Origin: Mytilus edulis
Lineage: Eukaryota
Assembly (NCBI RefSeq): GCF_963676685.1
Contig: NC_092348.1
Location: 9,548,001 to 9,612,000 of the forward strand
Direction: 5' to 3'
Length of the DNA stretch: 64,000 bases
This document shows positions 53,216 to 64,000 of this stretch, piece after piece. A program made the translations under genes and the position numbers. The notes under the pieces are model-generated. The model did no database searches and had not been told where the DNA came from. It worked only from the letters and a program-made list of their open reading frames with translations. How positions within the stretch are numbered: the stretch's first letter is position 1; each line of letters starts with the position of its first letter.

Positions 53216-54645
53216 TAAAATCGGTGTCAGGAATCAGAAGTTATTATGAAATTGTAATACACAGAAACGAAAGCGGCATACGGAGGTTTAAATGATTTAA
53301 AGTCGGCAACATAGGTCTTCAGAAGACTTGAAGTCTTCTTCCACCAAAAACTCTACTTCAGTTCTTATATGACAGAAATAGATTTATCGGAATTCAGAGA
53401 ACTCTCGCATTTTTATCAAAACTGGGGAATTCCCTCTGACGTGTTTCTAAATTTATAAAAACACTCAATATAAATATACTGCTAAATTCTGATTTTCCAT
53501 GTTGTTAAAAACACGCATATAAGTCAAGGAAAATATCAAACATGACGATTATGAAAAGAACATTATAGGAATGTTGTTTAAGGTCAATCCCTTTGTTTGT
53601 TTTTACCTTTTAAAGCAAGACAATCATAAGAATCTGAGATGTTCCTTAATGTTAAGAATAAAACGGTTGACGTGAGGGCATGGCCCTGAGCCAATGGCAT
53701 AAGTCTACAGATTGCTTGAAAGCTATCATATCCCAAAACAAATCAAACAGATAGGGTGACCTATTAGTACTCATTGGAGAACGAATCAATGGTTGAAGCA
53801 TCACTTCACCTTGCTTAAAAAATGTGGTGTCGTCCTAAAGTTCGGAATTTTGATGATATCGTCTTCGGTGTATTTTTATTTGAAAATATTTCTTTACTTT
53901 ATTTACGATTCCTATTTTTATACAAGACTCTGAGAAATATCGATCATGTCGATTTCTCAATTGATCATTGTTAAATGCAGAAGAAATTACTTTTTTGAAA
54001 CCACACAACAGGCCTTATTAACCCGGGTCTTCCCCATGCACGATGTTAAATAACGTATAAATATGCATTTGTAAATAACGTTCTGTGATCATTATATTCT
54101 CTCCGAGTGAGGAAAAATGTTAAAGTTATATAAAAAAAGTTTTAAAGTGTTTAGATGACATAAACCGCTGTGACACAATTTGTTTTTTTTTCTTCTAAAA
54201 ATAAACATAACCCAGTAAAGTAATGAATCGTTATATAGAATATATCGGAATGGACAGGCAAAGGTAAAATAAGGAAAATGGCTTCCCTAATCTGATTCTT
54301 GGCAGATCATAATCGGATTCTTCATGATTTTATTGCTGCATAAATAAGCGTTATCTGATCACCTTACTTTACTATTGCAGGTTAAAACAAATTTAATTGA
54401 TTCTATAAGAGGCTTAAATAAAGAGGTTTGGTAACAAGCATGTGTTAAGGCATGAACATACGGATTTTTTGTGTTATTAAAATTTACTGTTACAAAATGT
54501 TAGTAATTATTATAAATTAAGGAATGTATCTCCCTCATGCAAAGCTCTGTTTCCTTTCGCGGATTAGGCAATACTTTTTGAACCTTTTGGATTAAAGCTC
54601 TTCATCTTTTATATAAGCTTTAGATTTCATATATTTTGGCCACGA

Positions 54646-54689
54646 GCATCACTGAAGAGACATGTAATGTCGAAATGCGCATCTGGTGC
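54646..54689 (+). ncRNA. Minimal type I hammerhead ribozyme, intact
   Basis: Stem I GCAUCA/UGGUGC, CUGAAGA, stem II GACA-uguaa-UGUC, GAAA, palindromic UGCGCA stem III, AUC triplet ending at 54683. Confidence 0.88.
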
Positions 54690-54981
54690 AGGAAAATTGG
54701 TACCGTTAATGTTATTACTACCACTGGGTCGATGCCTCTGCTGGTGGAATGTTAGCCCCCGAGGGTATCACCAGCCCAGTAGCCAGTACCAAAAATACGG
54801 ATTTTTTGTGTTATTAAAATTTACTGGTACAAAATTTTAGAAATTCTTATGAATTAAGGAATGAATCTCCCTCATGCAAAGCTCTGTTTCCTTTCGCGGA
54901 TTTGGCTATACTTTTTGGACCTTTGGATTAAAGCTCTTCATCTTTTATATAATCTTTGGATTTCATATATTTTGGCCATGA

Positions 54982-55025
54982 GCATCACTGAAGAAACATG
55001 TATTGTCGAAATGCGCATCTGGTGC
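54982..55025 (+). ncRNA. Minimal type I hammerhead ribozyme with a G10.1-to-A change
   Basis: Same as the upstream copy but stem II is AACA/UGUC (first pair broken). AUC triplet ends at 55019. Confidence 0.8.
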
Positions 55026-55744
55026 AGGAAAATTGGTATCATTAATGTTATGAAAAAGAGGAAACTTAATTAGATCTGTCATTATATTCTAAAAAGGCAA
55101 TTAGGGCATCAAGTACAATTTAATCTGTTACATTTGAATACTTACGCTGCCCTATTTATCATTAAATTCAAATACAGCATTCTGAGCAAATTTACATTTT
55201 ACTCATATTTAACCATTCTAGCGCAATGACGTATTGTCCATATATCTTCATATCAATCCCTATCTCTTTCTCTTTTTATGCCTCATCTACTTGGTGACTT
55301 GTTCTAAAAGACAAATGATTGTCCGTTCAAATTTTATGAATTCCTTTTTTGAAGTGAGAAGATATGTAAACAAGATAGTAAGTATAAAGTCAGCATATAT
55401 TAGAATTTGCTGTTGGTTACCAATCATGATTGATAAATCTCAATAAAGTTTTAATAAGTTATTCAAGTTTTAAAATCATTAATCACAGAGTGTATTTCAG
55501 TGATGACAGCAAATTAAGATAACTCCATGGACAGACAAATACGAATCAGAATTTTGGTTTATCTGGATGTTGGTTAAATTGTAGCTTGGTCACACAAGTG
55601 AAAATCCAAAAATGTATGTCAATGGTTAAATATTAAAAAAAAAGATAACGTCATCTATCAGACTGAAAACTCAGAAAAAAAGCATTTTGAAAATGTTGCT
55701 TTCGAACAAAAAATCAACTTCTGCTTAAGTTAACTTCTAATGGA

Positions 55745-55960
55745 ATTCGATGCAACTGTCATACAAGTGCAAGATTTAGCTAGCGATGAAATAGGTTTAA
55801 TCAAGCATTTTCTACAAAAGGAAATGTCTGTACCAAGTCAGGAATATAACAGTTGTTATCCATTCGTTTGATGTGTTTGGGCTTTTGATTTTCCATTTGC
55901 TTAGGAACTTTCCGTTTAGAATTTTCCTCGGAATTCAAAGTTTTTGTTATTTTACTTTTA
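55745..55960 (+). repeat. Dispersed repeat family A
   Basis: gatgcaactgtcatacaagtg...ctgtaccaagtcaggaatataacagttgttatccattcgtttgatg...ttttacttt. Confidence 0.7.
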
Positions 55961-58179
55961 ACACTATCAAGATATCACCAAAATAGTTTATACATAGTCT
56001 TCTTCCTAAAAGAAGGCTGTCACCCTAAACATGGTCTTAACTATTATAATTATTCCACTGAAACATTCCTGAAAGACTAATGGACCACTGGACCAATATT
56101 GATCGAACTTTAGCATAAAGGTCATTACCAAATGTAGATTTGTAATTAATCTGTGGAACTGCCGTCACCAAGTAATCAGCATGATTGCGGTAAAAGGATA
56201 GATTTTGAAATTTTCTAAATGGATGTCCTTACTATAGAAATAATGCAAAACAAAAATTCAATGCTCCAAACTTAAAATATTTTAAAAAAAAATGGATATT
56301 GTTAGCAGAAACAAGTCAAACATAAGGAAAACAAACTCCAATAAAAATTTAAATCGTATAGTCCCTAATCATATGGCAAAATCAAAAGCTTACACATATG
56401 AAACGAATGGAAAACAATTGTACTGACTTGATACATGGGATTTCGGCCTATGACGATGAGATATTTGACTAAGCAATTGTTCTGAAAATTTACAGACTGA
56501 TGTATAACCCTGCATTTATGTGCATTCACATTTTAAAACTTAAGAAATGGTAGCAGCTTAGTGGCAATTATAGAGGATGGTGTCCATTATTGACTGCAAT
56601 AGCAATTCAAGTTATCTAAGTTCTTTCTCCATATTTAGTTTCATTGTCTGTTTGTGTTGTGTTATGATGACTTTGGTCATTCTTGATCATGTTCATTGTA
56701 GGAAAATGCTTAATTGTAGAGTTTGACACAGATATTTTGTGTTATATCAATCTTAAATTACTACACACACTAATTTTTGTTTTGTCTATTCACAGATAAG
56801 TCTTATGAATCCAATTCATATTAAAAAGTCCTTTAAAATGATTGATTTTTGTTAAAAGTGCTTCATAAATTGAAATAAACAAATCCTACTCAATTTCGTT
56901 TATTTATTTATAAACTGCCAACAATAATTATGTAATAAATAACAATTATTTTCATAAAACAGCAACATAAATCATTGAATATAACACAAATCCGAATTTT
57001 TAAGTTGTCATGATAACTATGTTTATTGAGCAGTTTAAACAATAATATCGCTATAAACAATTCTGTTTCAATTCACAAAACAGTAATGAAACACCCATTG
57101 CTTCCACTCTGATCATTAATAAAATCATACATCACTCACAATAATACATATAATACTATCTATGTCAAACTGCCCAAGAATTACCAAGACACTTACTATA
57201 TTCTCACGCATCCATTTGTAAAATATCAACATCTATTTTTTAATGGAAATTAGACATGATAATAATTTCCTATCATGTTCTAGCAATAAGACACTTCTCT
57301 GAAACAGTTTTACTCAATGTATTAAGTTTTATAAAAATTGATAATATAAGAAAAACCAGGTTCACAACGACCTTTGGACTAAAATGTGTATTTGTTTTAT
57401 GACAAATAAATTAAATACGAAAACTTTAAACAGCTTATTATGATAAACCTGTCCTTCTAAAAACTGAGCAAGAAATAAATGATATTATAAAGAAAATCTG
57501 AGATCTTTTCGTCCAATACAAACTCTTCTATAATACACTTAAGCAAAAATAAAAAACTTTATGAAATATAAGACCATACTGTATTTGACATATGTAACTA
57601 CTAATAAGCTTATGAAAATATAAAATAACATTTTTGAAAATTCGATATGTTGCTGTTTTAAATGATAAAAGACAAATTAACTTTTCATAATAAATTACCA
57701 TATAGATAGTAAATGACTTATAATATAAAACAATCATTTTTATCTTTACATTATTTGACATACCTGTACATAAAAATATCTAGAATTGTTAGGGGCTAAT
57801 TGTTGGTAAAATAGGGAAACACAAAAAAACAATGTTCTGTTAACTGGTTTTTTTTATAACAATTAAAAAAGCTTCTTTCCCACATTTTGTAAAATTCCAT
57901 GATTGCCAAACAATCACTATAGAAATTTTGCAAACAAAAAACTATAAAAATGTGATACCTTTTATGGTCCTTTTATTAGTATATATTGAAGCAAATAATT
58001 AGGAATAATTTTCGTACTTGAATATCTATCATTTGTGATCATAACAGCCATCACAAGAAAACTTGGAAAAATACCCTTCTATCCTAATATTGGTCATCAT
58101 ATTACAGTTTGTTAAGTCATCGTTTAAATACACCCTTCACCATTTACTGTATCAAAATCAAAACTGATATTCATACAGC

Positions 58180-58745
58180 TCAGTCTTCAGCACTTTCTAA
58201 CCTGATAGTTACCTTTTCAAATGAAGACCTGTTTTCATTTCCATTAGATTCTTTATTTTCAGAACAATTTTCTAAACAATCCTTTACAGTTTCAAAACTA
58301 ACACAGTTTTCTTCGATGTCCTCTGCATATTTGCAAAATGCATCATCAGTATTGCTATCAGCATTTTCAAAAACATTAATTTGTTCAGATAACTGGCCTT
58401 CTTCAAGTTCAGATGTATTTTCATCACTGATATGTTCTGTAACAGAACTGTCCAGGCTTCCTTCACATTTACTTTTCTCCTTTAGCACCAATTTATAAAT
58501 ATGTAAAGGTTCACTCTTGTCTATGGATTTAACATGCCTTAATGTTGATAAATCAAAAGCTCTTATAGACAACCGGCGTTGTAAATTTATCAGCTGAGAT
58601 AAACTTTTATCTACTGTAGAGGTACGACGAAGACTAGAATTTGGATCAAATGTTTCTATGGATTGACAAAGCTCATGTAAAGCATTCAAGTCCCTTTCTT
58701 CTGTAGCTTTCAAAATATGATGTACTTTTGGCTGCTTCCCATGCT
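58180..58745 (-). CDS. Terminal coding exon of an unidentified gene (acidic, Ser/Glu-rich C-terminus)
   Basis: About 187 open codons after the phase-1 acceptor attttaacag, ending in TGA. Joins in frame with exon 60509-60605. AT-rich downstream region with minus-strand AATAAA near 56900 and 57025. Confidence 0.7.
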
Positions 58746-59843
58746 CTGTTAAAATAACATTATGAATAATGTAAAGTAACGGTAACATTATCAAATATGT
58801 TTGAAATAAAAGTAAAATTAATTGTTTTAATTTTTGACACAGACAAAGCATTAATCTTTGAAAATTTAAATACAGTTTAATCAATTATTGAATCCTCTTG
58901 AGACTCTTGAGAAAAGTTATTAATTTCCAGTTACTTTATGTTTTCTTTTCAGGCTGAAAGGCAACTCAAGGCAAAAAAATTAAGGACCTCATTAAAGGAG
59001 CAAAACATCTAAAATTATATATAATTAGCTTTCACCACCCTTTTGGAACATATACTTTTTGCCTGTTTGATGTAACATACTATCACTATATCATATTTCT
59101 TAGTTCTAAGTGTAAAATATCATGCAAGTATGTTAACAATATCAATATCTCAATTTAAATTACAATTGTAAGAATTGTTTCTCTATTTTTGACCAAGTTT
59201 ATATTATATAGTGTATGAATCTAAAATATAGATTCATACATCTCAGTTAAGTAAATTTACATACTTTCATTTAATACTCAGTTTGGTTAACTCATGAATC
59301 AAATATGAGTATACAAAATTAACTGCAACAGCAATGTCCTGTTATTTTGGTGGAATTTGGTTTATGTATAGCAGTACAATTAGTTCTTTGTAAAATTGTA
59401 ATAAATCTCTGTTACGGTCAACTATTTGGTTTAATTTAAGCATGGCTTATGTGCTATGTGAGTAAATATGGATATTTAGTATGTATATTAATACAAGTCT
59501 ACAGACCTAACCACATAAAGAATCATTTGTTACATATTACTTAACTACAATTCAGAAAGCAGAAACTATATGTCGAATTATTATTAATATCTTATAAGTA
59601 TGTGTCTAGAAATGCTTATAAAAATTATCTTCTTACCAATTAACCGTATTGTTTTTTGTTTTGGTTTGTTTTTTGCAATTGTTTATGTGATGATTTTAAA
59701 AATTCTATTCTTCTGATATATTCAAAGAATGTATGTCCTTAGATTAATTTCAAGCATTTTTACAAAATAAAATTCATCAATATAGCATTACTTTTCTATC
59801 TTGGTTTTCCCCCTTATATTCTCATAGGTATTTTTAGATTTAA

Positions 59844-60227
59844 GGATGTTTGCTCCTCTATTTTTTTATATTTTGCCAGATTTTCGAAATCCTCTGGTTT
59901 TATTCATGTATTGTCTTTAAAAAATTTGCCCATCAACCCTTACTTTTTTTCCATGATTTTATAACATAAAGTTTAAAAAGCCATATTTCAAAATTTTATG
60001 AAATTCTTTTTTCATAGTTTTTGAAACAAATAAGGTGCCAATGTTAAATGTATGAAAAATCTAGAGAGAATTATTTCCCACCAATTTTTCAATGGCTTCT
60101 ATCTCGAAAATGAGCACATGGGCCCTCCATTTTTTTTTTTACTTTTTTAGTTTCTTTATTCATATACTATCAATTCATAACAGTCTTTTAAAAATCTTGT
60201 TATTATTTAACAGAGTAGGGAACATCC
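59844..60227. mobile_element. Kolobok-like MITE in an intron
   Basis: TTAA|GGATGTTTGCTCCTC...GAGTAGGGAACATCC|TTAA. Confidence 0.7.
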
Positions 60228-60508
60228 TTAAACTATCTGCTTTGATTTATAAAATCTTTACTACTATAACAGATCATTCTCCCTCTGATTGAATGACAGA
60301 TCTAAGCCAAATTAGTGAGAATTAAGACAAATAGAACTGCCATCATATTCGACCTCTATATTCTGACATTAATTAAAGCACTGATGTATGACTATAGCTC
60401 TTTATTTCACTAATAGATATTTGATGGATTAAAAATGGGCCATTACTCTGCCAAAGACCAATATAAGTATATCAAATTGATATTACAATGTTGTTTAAAA
60501 TGTATTAC

Positions 60509-60605
60509 CATTTGTTTCCTGTGTTAGTGGTGTAGTAATCTGTTCATTATCATGACGAATCACATTCTTTGTGTAGATCTTCAGAAGTTCAACTATGTCT
60601 GGATT
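60509..60605 (-). CDS. Internal coding exon (NPDIVELLKIYTKNVIRHDNEQITTPLTQETN), possibly the end of an ankyrin repeat
   Basis: Acceptor ctaattttag, donor gtaata, 97 nt, phase 0 to 1, compatible with the 58745 acceptor. Confidence 0.65.
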
Positions 60606-60744
60606 CTAAAAATTAGTATGAAATATAAAGAGCTCAGTTTACAATAAGTTTTTATTATAAACAGCAGTTGTTTGTTGATTAAGTGGCTTTACAGGAAATA
60701 ATATTCATAACAGATTGATTAATGTTTGCACAACATCCTAGGCA

Positions 60745-60990
60745 AATGTTCAACCCATCATTTGTTCTTAAAATGTCCTGTACCAAGTAGGGAATATAGC
60801 AGTTATTATCAAATAATTTGTTTTATGTGTGTTGGTGTTTGTTTTTGTTGCACTTCGGTTGTTCTGTTGTTCCTTAGTTTTCCTCTCATAATTGATGTGT
60901 TTCCCTCAGTTTTGGTTTGTAACCCCGATTTGTTCTCTCTCAATTGATTCGTGACTTCTGAACACCGGTATACTACTGTTGCCTTTATCT
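60745..60990 (+). repeat. Dispersed repeat family C
   Basis: gttcaacccatcattt...cctgtaccaagtaggg...gaacaccggtatactactgttgcctttat. Confidence 0.65.
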
Positions 60991-63900
60991 TATCTTATAT
61001 TACTTAGCATCTAATTAAAGGGTTCCAATTTGGTTTAGGGTAAGGAAAGGGTTTGTTCCTAATTAAGGTAAGGTATTAGGGACAGGGCTAGTGTAAGAGT
61101 AAGGTGATAATTAGTTTTAGGTTAAGGGTCAATATAGTATAGCCATATGTTAGTTAGGTCCTTTGTGATTCTTCTTTTCAAATTAAAAGAAGTTGATCAT
61201 TTCAGGCACATTCAAAACAACATATATAATACTTTCATGCAATAAAAAATCATACTCAAAATACAAATGCATTAGAGAAGTTTAATGGCCATCTAAAGAT
61301 TGATAGGAATAGTTGTTGGCCTACTGCAATAGCATATATGTCAACTAAAGCAGTAGTAAGCAGTAGTTAGCAGTAGTTAGCAGTAGTTAGAAGTAGTTTT
61401 AGAGAATTTATATCACATTACACATAAAGGAACACAATAAGTACAAATTGATGACAAGGGGTTAAAACTGCATTGGAGTTGAAGTGTAATAAGCTAAAGA
61501 AAACCATTCAAGAATTACCACACTAGCCTTTTTGTCATTGTACTCTTAAATTTAAAGCATGAAGAAAATTAATTGATTTAGTTTATGCGAAGTGTTTGTA
61601 GTTATAAACATACTTATATATCTAGATCCACAAAGACAATATCATAGTTCAATACCTGGCAAAAAATGAACATAACTGTCCTAAAGCTAAGGTTACAACT
61701 TCTTTACTAAAATCCCACCTGAATTGACAGTTTATGATGTTCTTTTTTACTCTTTGTAATTTCGTACTCCTCATTATATTATATATTTTGGCTTTCCAAA
61801 CTTTTGGTTTGGTTTAAAATGCTAAAGAATATTTGCGATATCAGGCATTTCTATAGATAACTCTATGGTATAAAAGGTGGTATGCTGACCTATAGTTGAT
61901 TTTTTTTTTGGTGAAAAGTTGTCTTATTGGCAATCATGCCACATTTTCTATTTTTATTACAGAAAAATGTATTGTGTACAAGGCAATCACAGTGTCCTAA
62001 TCAACAATCAAGGGAAATATTAATCAGATTATAAACTTTAAAATATGTTATGATTCATCAGGATAGTGTTTTTGCATAAGAAATAAGATGTGGTATGAGT
62101 GCCAATGAGACAACTCTCCATGCAAGTGTTCATGTATTAATTAAGGTGTTGTGGGGAGATTTAAAAAAATCTTTATTTAATTAATTCTTTTCTAGCCTAG
62201 AACAACATTGTCTATCATTTATAACTTTGTTAAATCAAATATGACTGGGATTGGTCATTTTTTTTCTTTATAAAAATGATTAATATTCATAATTATATAT
62301 CATAATAGCAAATGGGAGATGATTAATTAATATTGGTTAAATCCAATAGTAGGAAATACTATGATTATAACCATTTCAAAATGCCTGTAGAAACTGATAG
62401 TTTACATTCAGTATACACATTTTTACCTCTGATAATGCTGCTAATGACCAAAATAAATCAACAGCCATGATAACTTACACAAAACATATAATGAAGTGAT
62501 CTATATGATTATCTTGTACAAACTGTTCTTTAGTCAATCTATTGTCATAGATCTACTAACTAGAAAATATGCTACTGGGTAAGATCCATCAATTTAATGT
62601 ATTTTTTTAAACCAGACTTCTCTAACTAATGGCCAACAATGCCTTGAGATAGAAATGATAAAGGTAATAGATCCAGTGAAAGAAAGAAAATAGCAACAGC
62701 GACATTGTAATTAATAATTAAAATGAACAGGAATAGACTGCTGTTTTGATCAGTATAAGCTCCTATAGTTCTCATTAGTTTTAGAAAAAATATAACAGTT
62801 CAAGGCCTAGCCTTTTGACTTTTAACAATATATATTTTTAACAAAAAGTAATTTTGTCTGAAACACCACTAGGATAGACCATTACCGTATCTAGCCCTTC
62901 AGTGACACTTTAAATGAACTGATTCATACAAGAAAAATCAGTCAGTGTCTGCTTCAAGGAATGTCCTGGTAATGAATGTATCATCAACAGATTGTTATAT
63001 GCTTTTCTTTTGGCTATAAGTGTTTGGCAACCACAAATTAATAGATCTTTGGTTAGACATTAGTAGGATAATCAAATAATATGCAAACAAGGCTAAGGAC
63101 TATGTTTTTAAAAACAACATTATCAAAATATTTTTTTTTCAACCATCTTAAATTGTTTAACTATGTTTAAATAAGCAGAAACACTTCATAATGTCTAGGA
63201 ATTTCCAAGTCACTATAAAAATATCTCAGACTATAGCTATCCTGTATGAAACATTTTCTGGTTCATTCATAGTAGAGCTTTTGATTGAAACAATCTCACA
63301 ATCAGTACACTATGTTTCTCATTACAAAATATATAAAGCAAAAATCAAATGAAAATTACCAAATAGATCAACATATTCCTATCATATTATGTCCATAAGA
63401 CCAAATTCTTAATAAATCTTTTAAAATTAAACAAATATCAGACGAATCACTTACATATAATGGTCACTGACTTGCTATGCACAATTTGTGAATAAAAGCT
63501 GGGGACTGACTTTAATTTTGTGTGCTACAACTACTTGCTTAACAATAATAACTTCTACTTTTTAAGTAGGCATGCACCTTCGACATAATCCCTCAAAATT
63601 GCTTAATCAAAAAGGCAAAAGATTCTTCTTTTCACTGGGTAAATACCAATTCTACACCAAGTATAAACATTTTAAATAATATTTCAGCACTAAATTTAAC
63701 AGATTATAAAATTCTATTCATTTATCAGTAAAAGTTTGAAAGAATCTTACTACACTTGCAATTTAAGAAGTAAAATAACAGTTTTTAATTTGATCCTCAT
63801 ACTTTTAATTTATAACTTGCAGAACTTTACACAATTAAAGCTCCTCATGAATTAATTTCTAACAAATCTCCAAATTCCAATTAAACATAATTAGATGGAA

Positions 63901-64000
63901 TCTTTGCTGAAATTATTATTTCACAGATCTTATAAATTTCAATGAAAGTTTCCATCACAGACTAATCCCTGTCAGATTATTCTAATTGTTTGTTAAAGTT

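Larger units (their letters stand above)
54458..55050 (+). mobile_element. Non-LTR retrozyme (family 2): ~1.75 tandem copies of a ~336-bp unit, each with a hammerhead
   Basis: The repeat restarts at ~54458 and ~54795 (atacggattttttgtgttattaaaatttactg). HHRs at 54646-54689 and 54982-55025. No coding capacity. Confidence 0.85.

Noticed and set aside
54731-54782. HDV-like ribozyme
   Set aside because: The P1 3' strand runs directly into the P2 3' strand with no P1.1, P4 or J4/2 catalytic C; kept only as an unassigned structure.
58109-58498. 129-aa plus-strand ORF
   Set aside because: Antisense shadow of the minus-strand exon.

Overview
AT-rich, intron-containing eukaryotic DNA dense in interspersed repeats. 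The repeat families and ribozyme types suggest a bivalve, probably Mytilus; this is inference. Main content: (1) a disabled multi-exon plus-strand gene (~10.1-25.8 kb) encoding two Cys-rich Ly6/uPAR-like repeats joined to an IgGFc-binding (FCGBP N-terminal) domain. Its terminal exon is tandemly duplicated and one exon is split by a 5.26-kb Harbinger-type non-autonomous transposon. (2) The last two exons of a minus-strand gene (58.2-60.6 kb). (3) A young, 5'-truncated Penelope-like (Naiad-type) retroelement and two 3'-end fragments. (4) Two families of minimal type I hammerhead ribozyme (HHR) repeats, i.e. non-LTR retrozymes. These include a tandem copy at 54.46-55.05 kb that predicts a 336-nt self-cleaved monomer or circRNA, and a retrozyme fused directly to a Penelope-like 3' end at 27.1-27.6 kb. 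(5) Many nested DNA-transposon derivatives (Ginger-, Helitron-, Helentron-, Kolobok-, Tc1/mariner- and Harbinger-like), a decayed Harbinger transposase and several tandem repeats. All calls were read by eye; no searches or folding programs were run.
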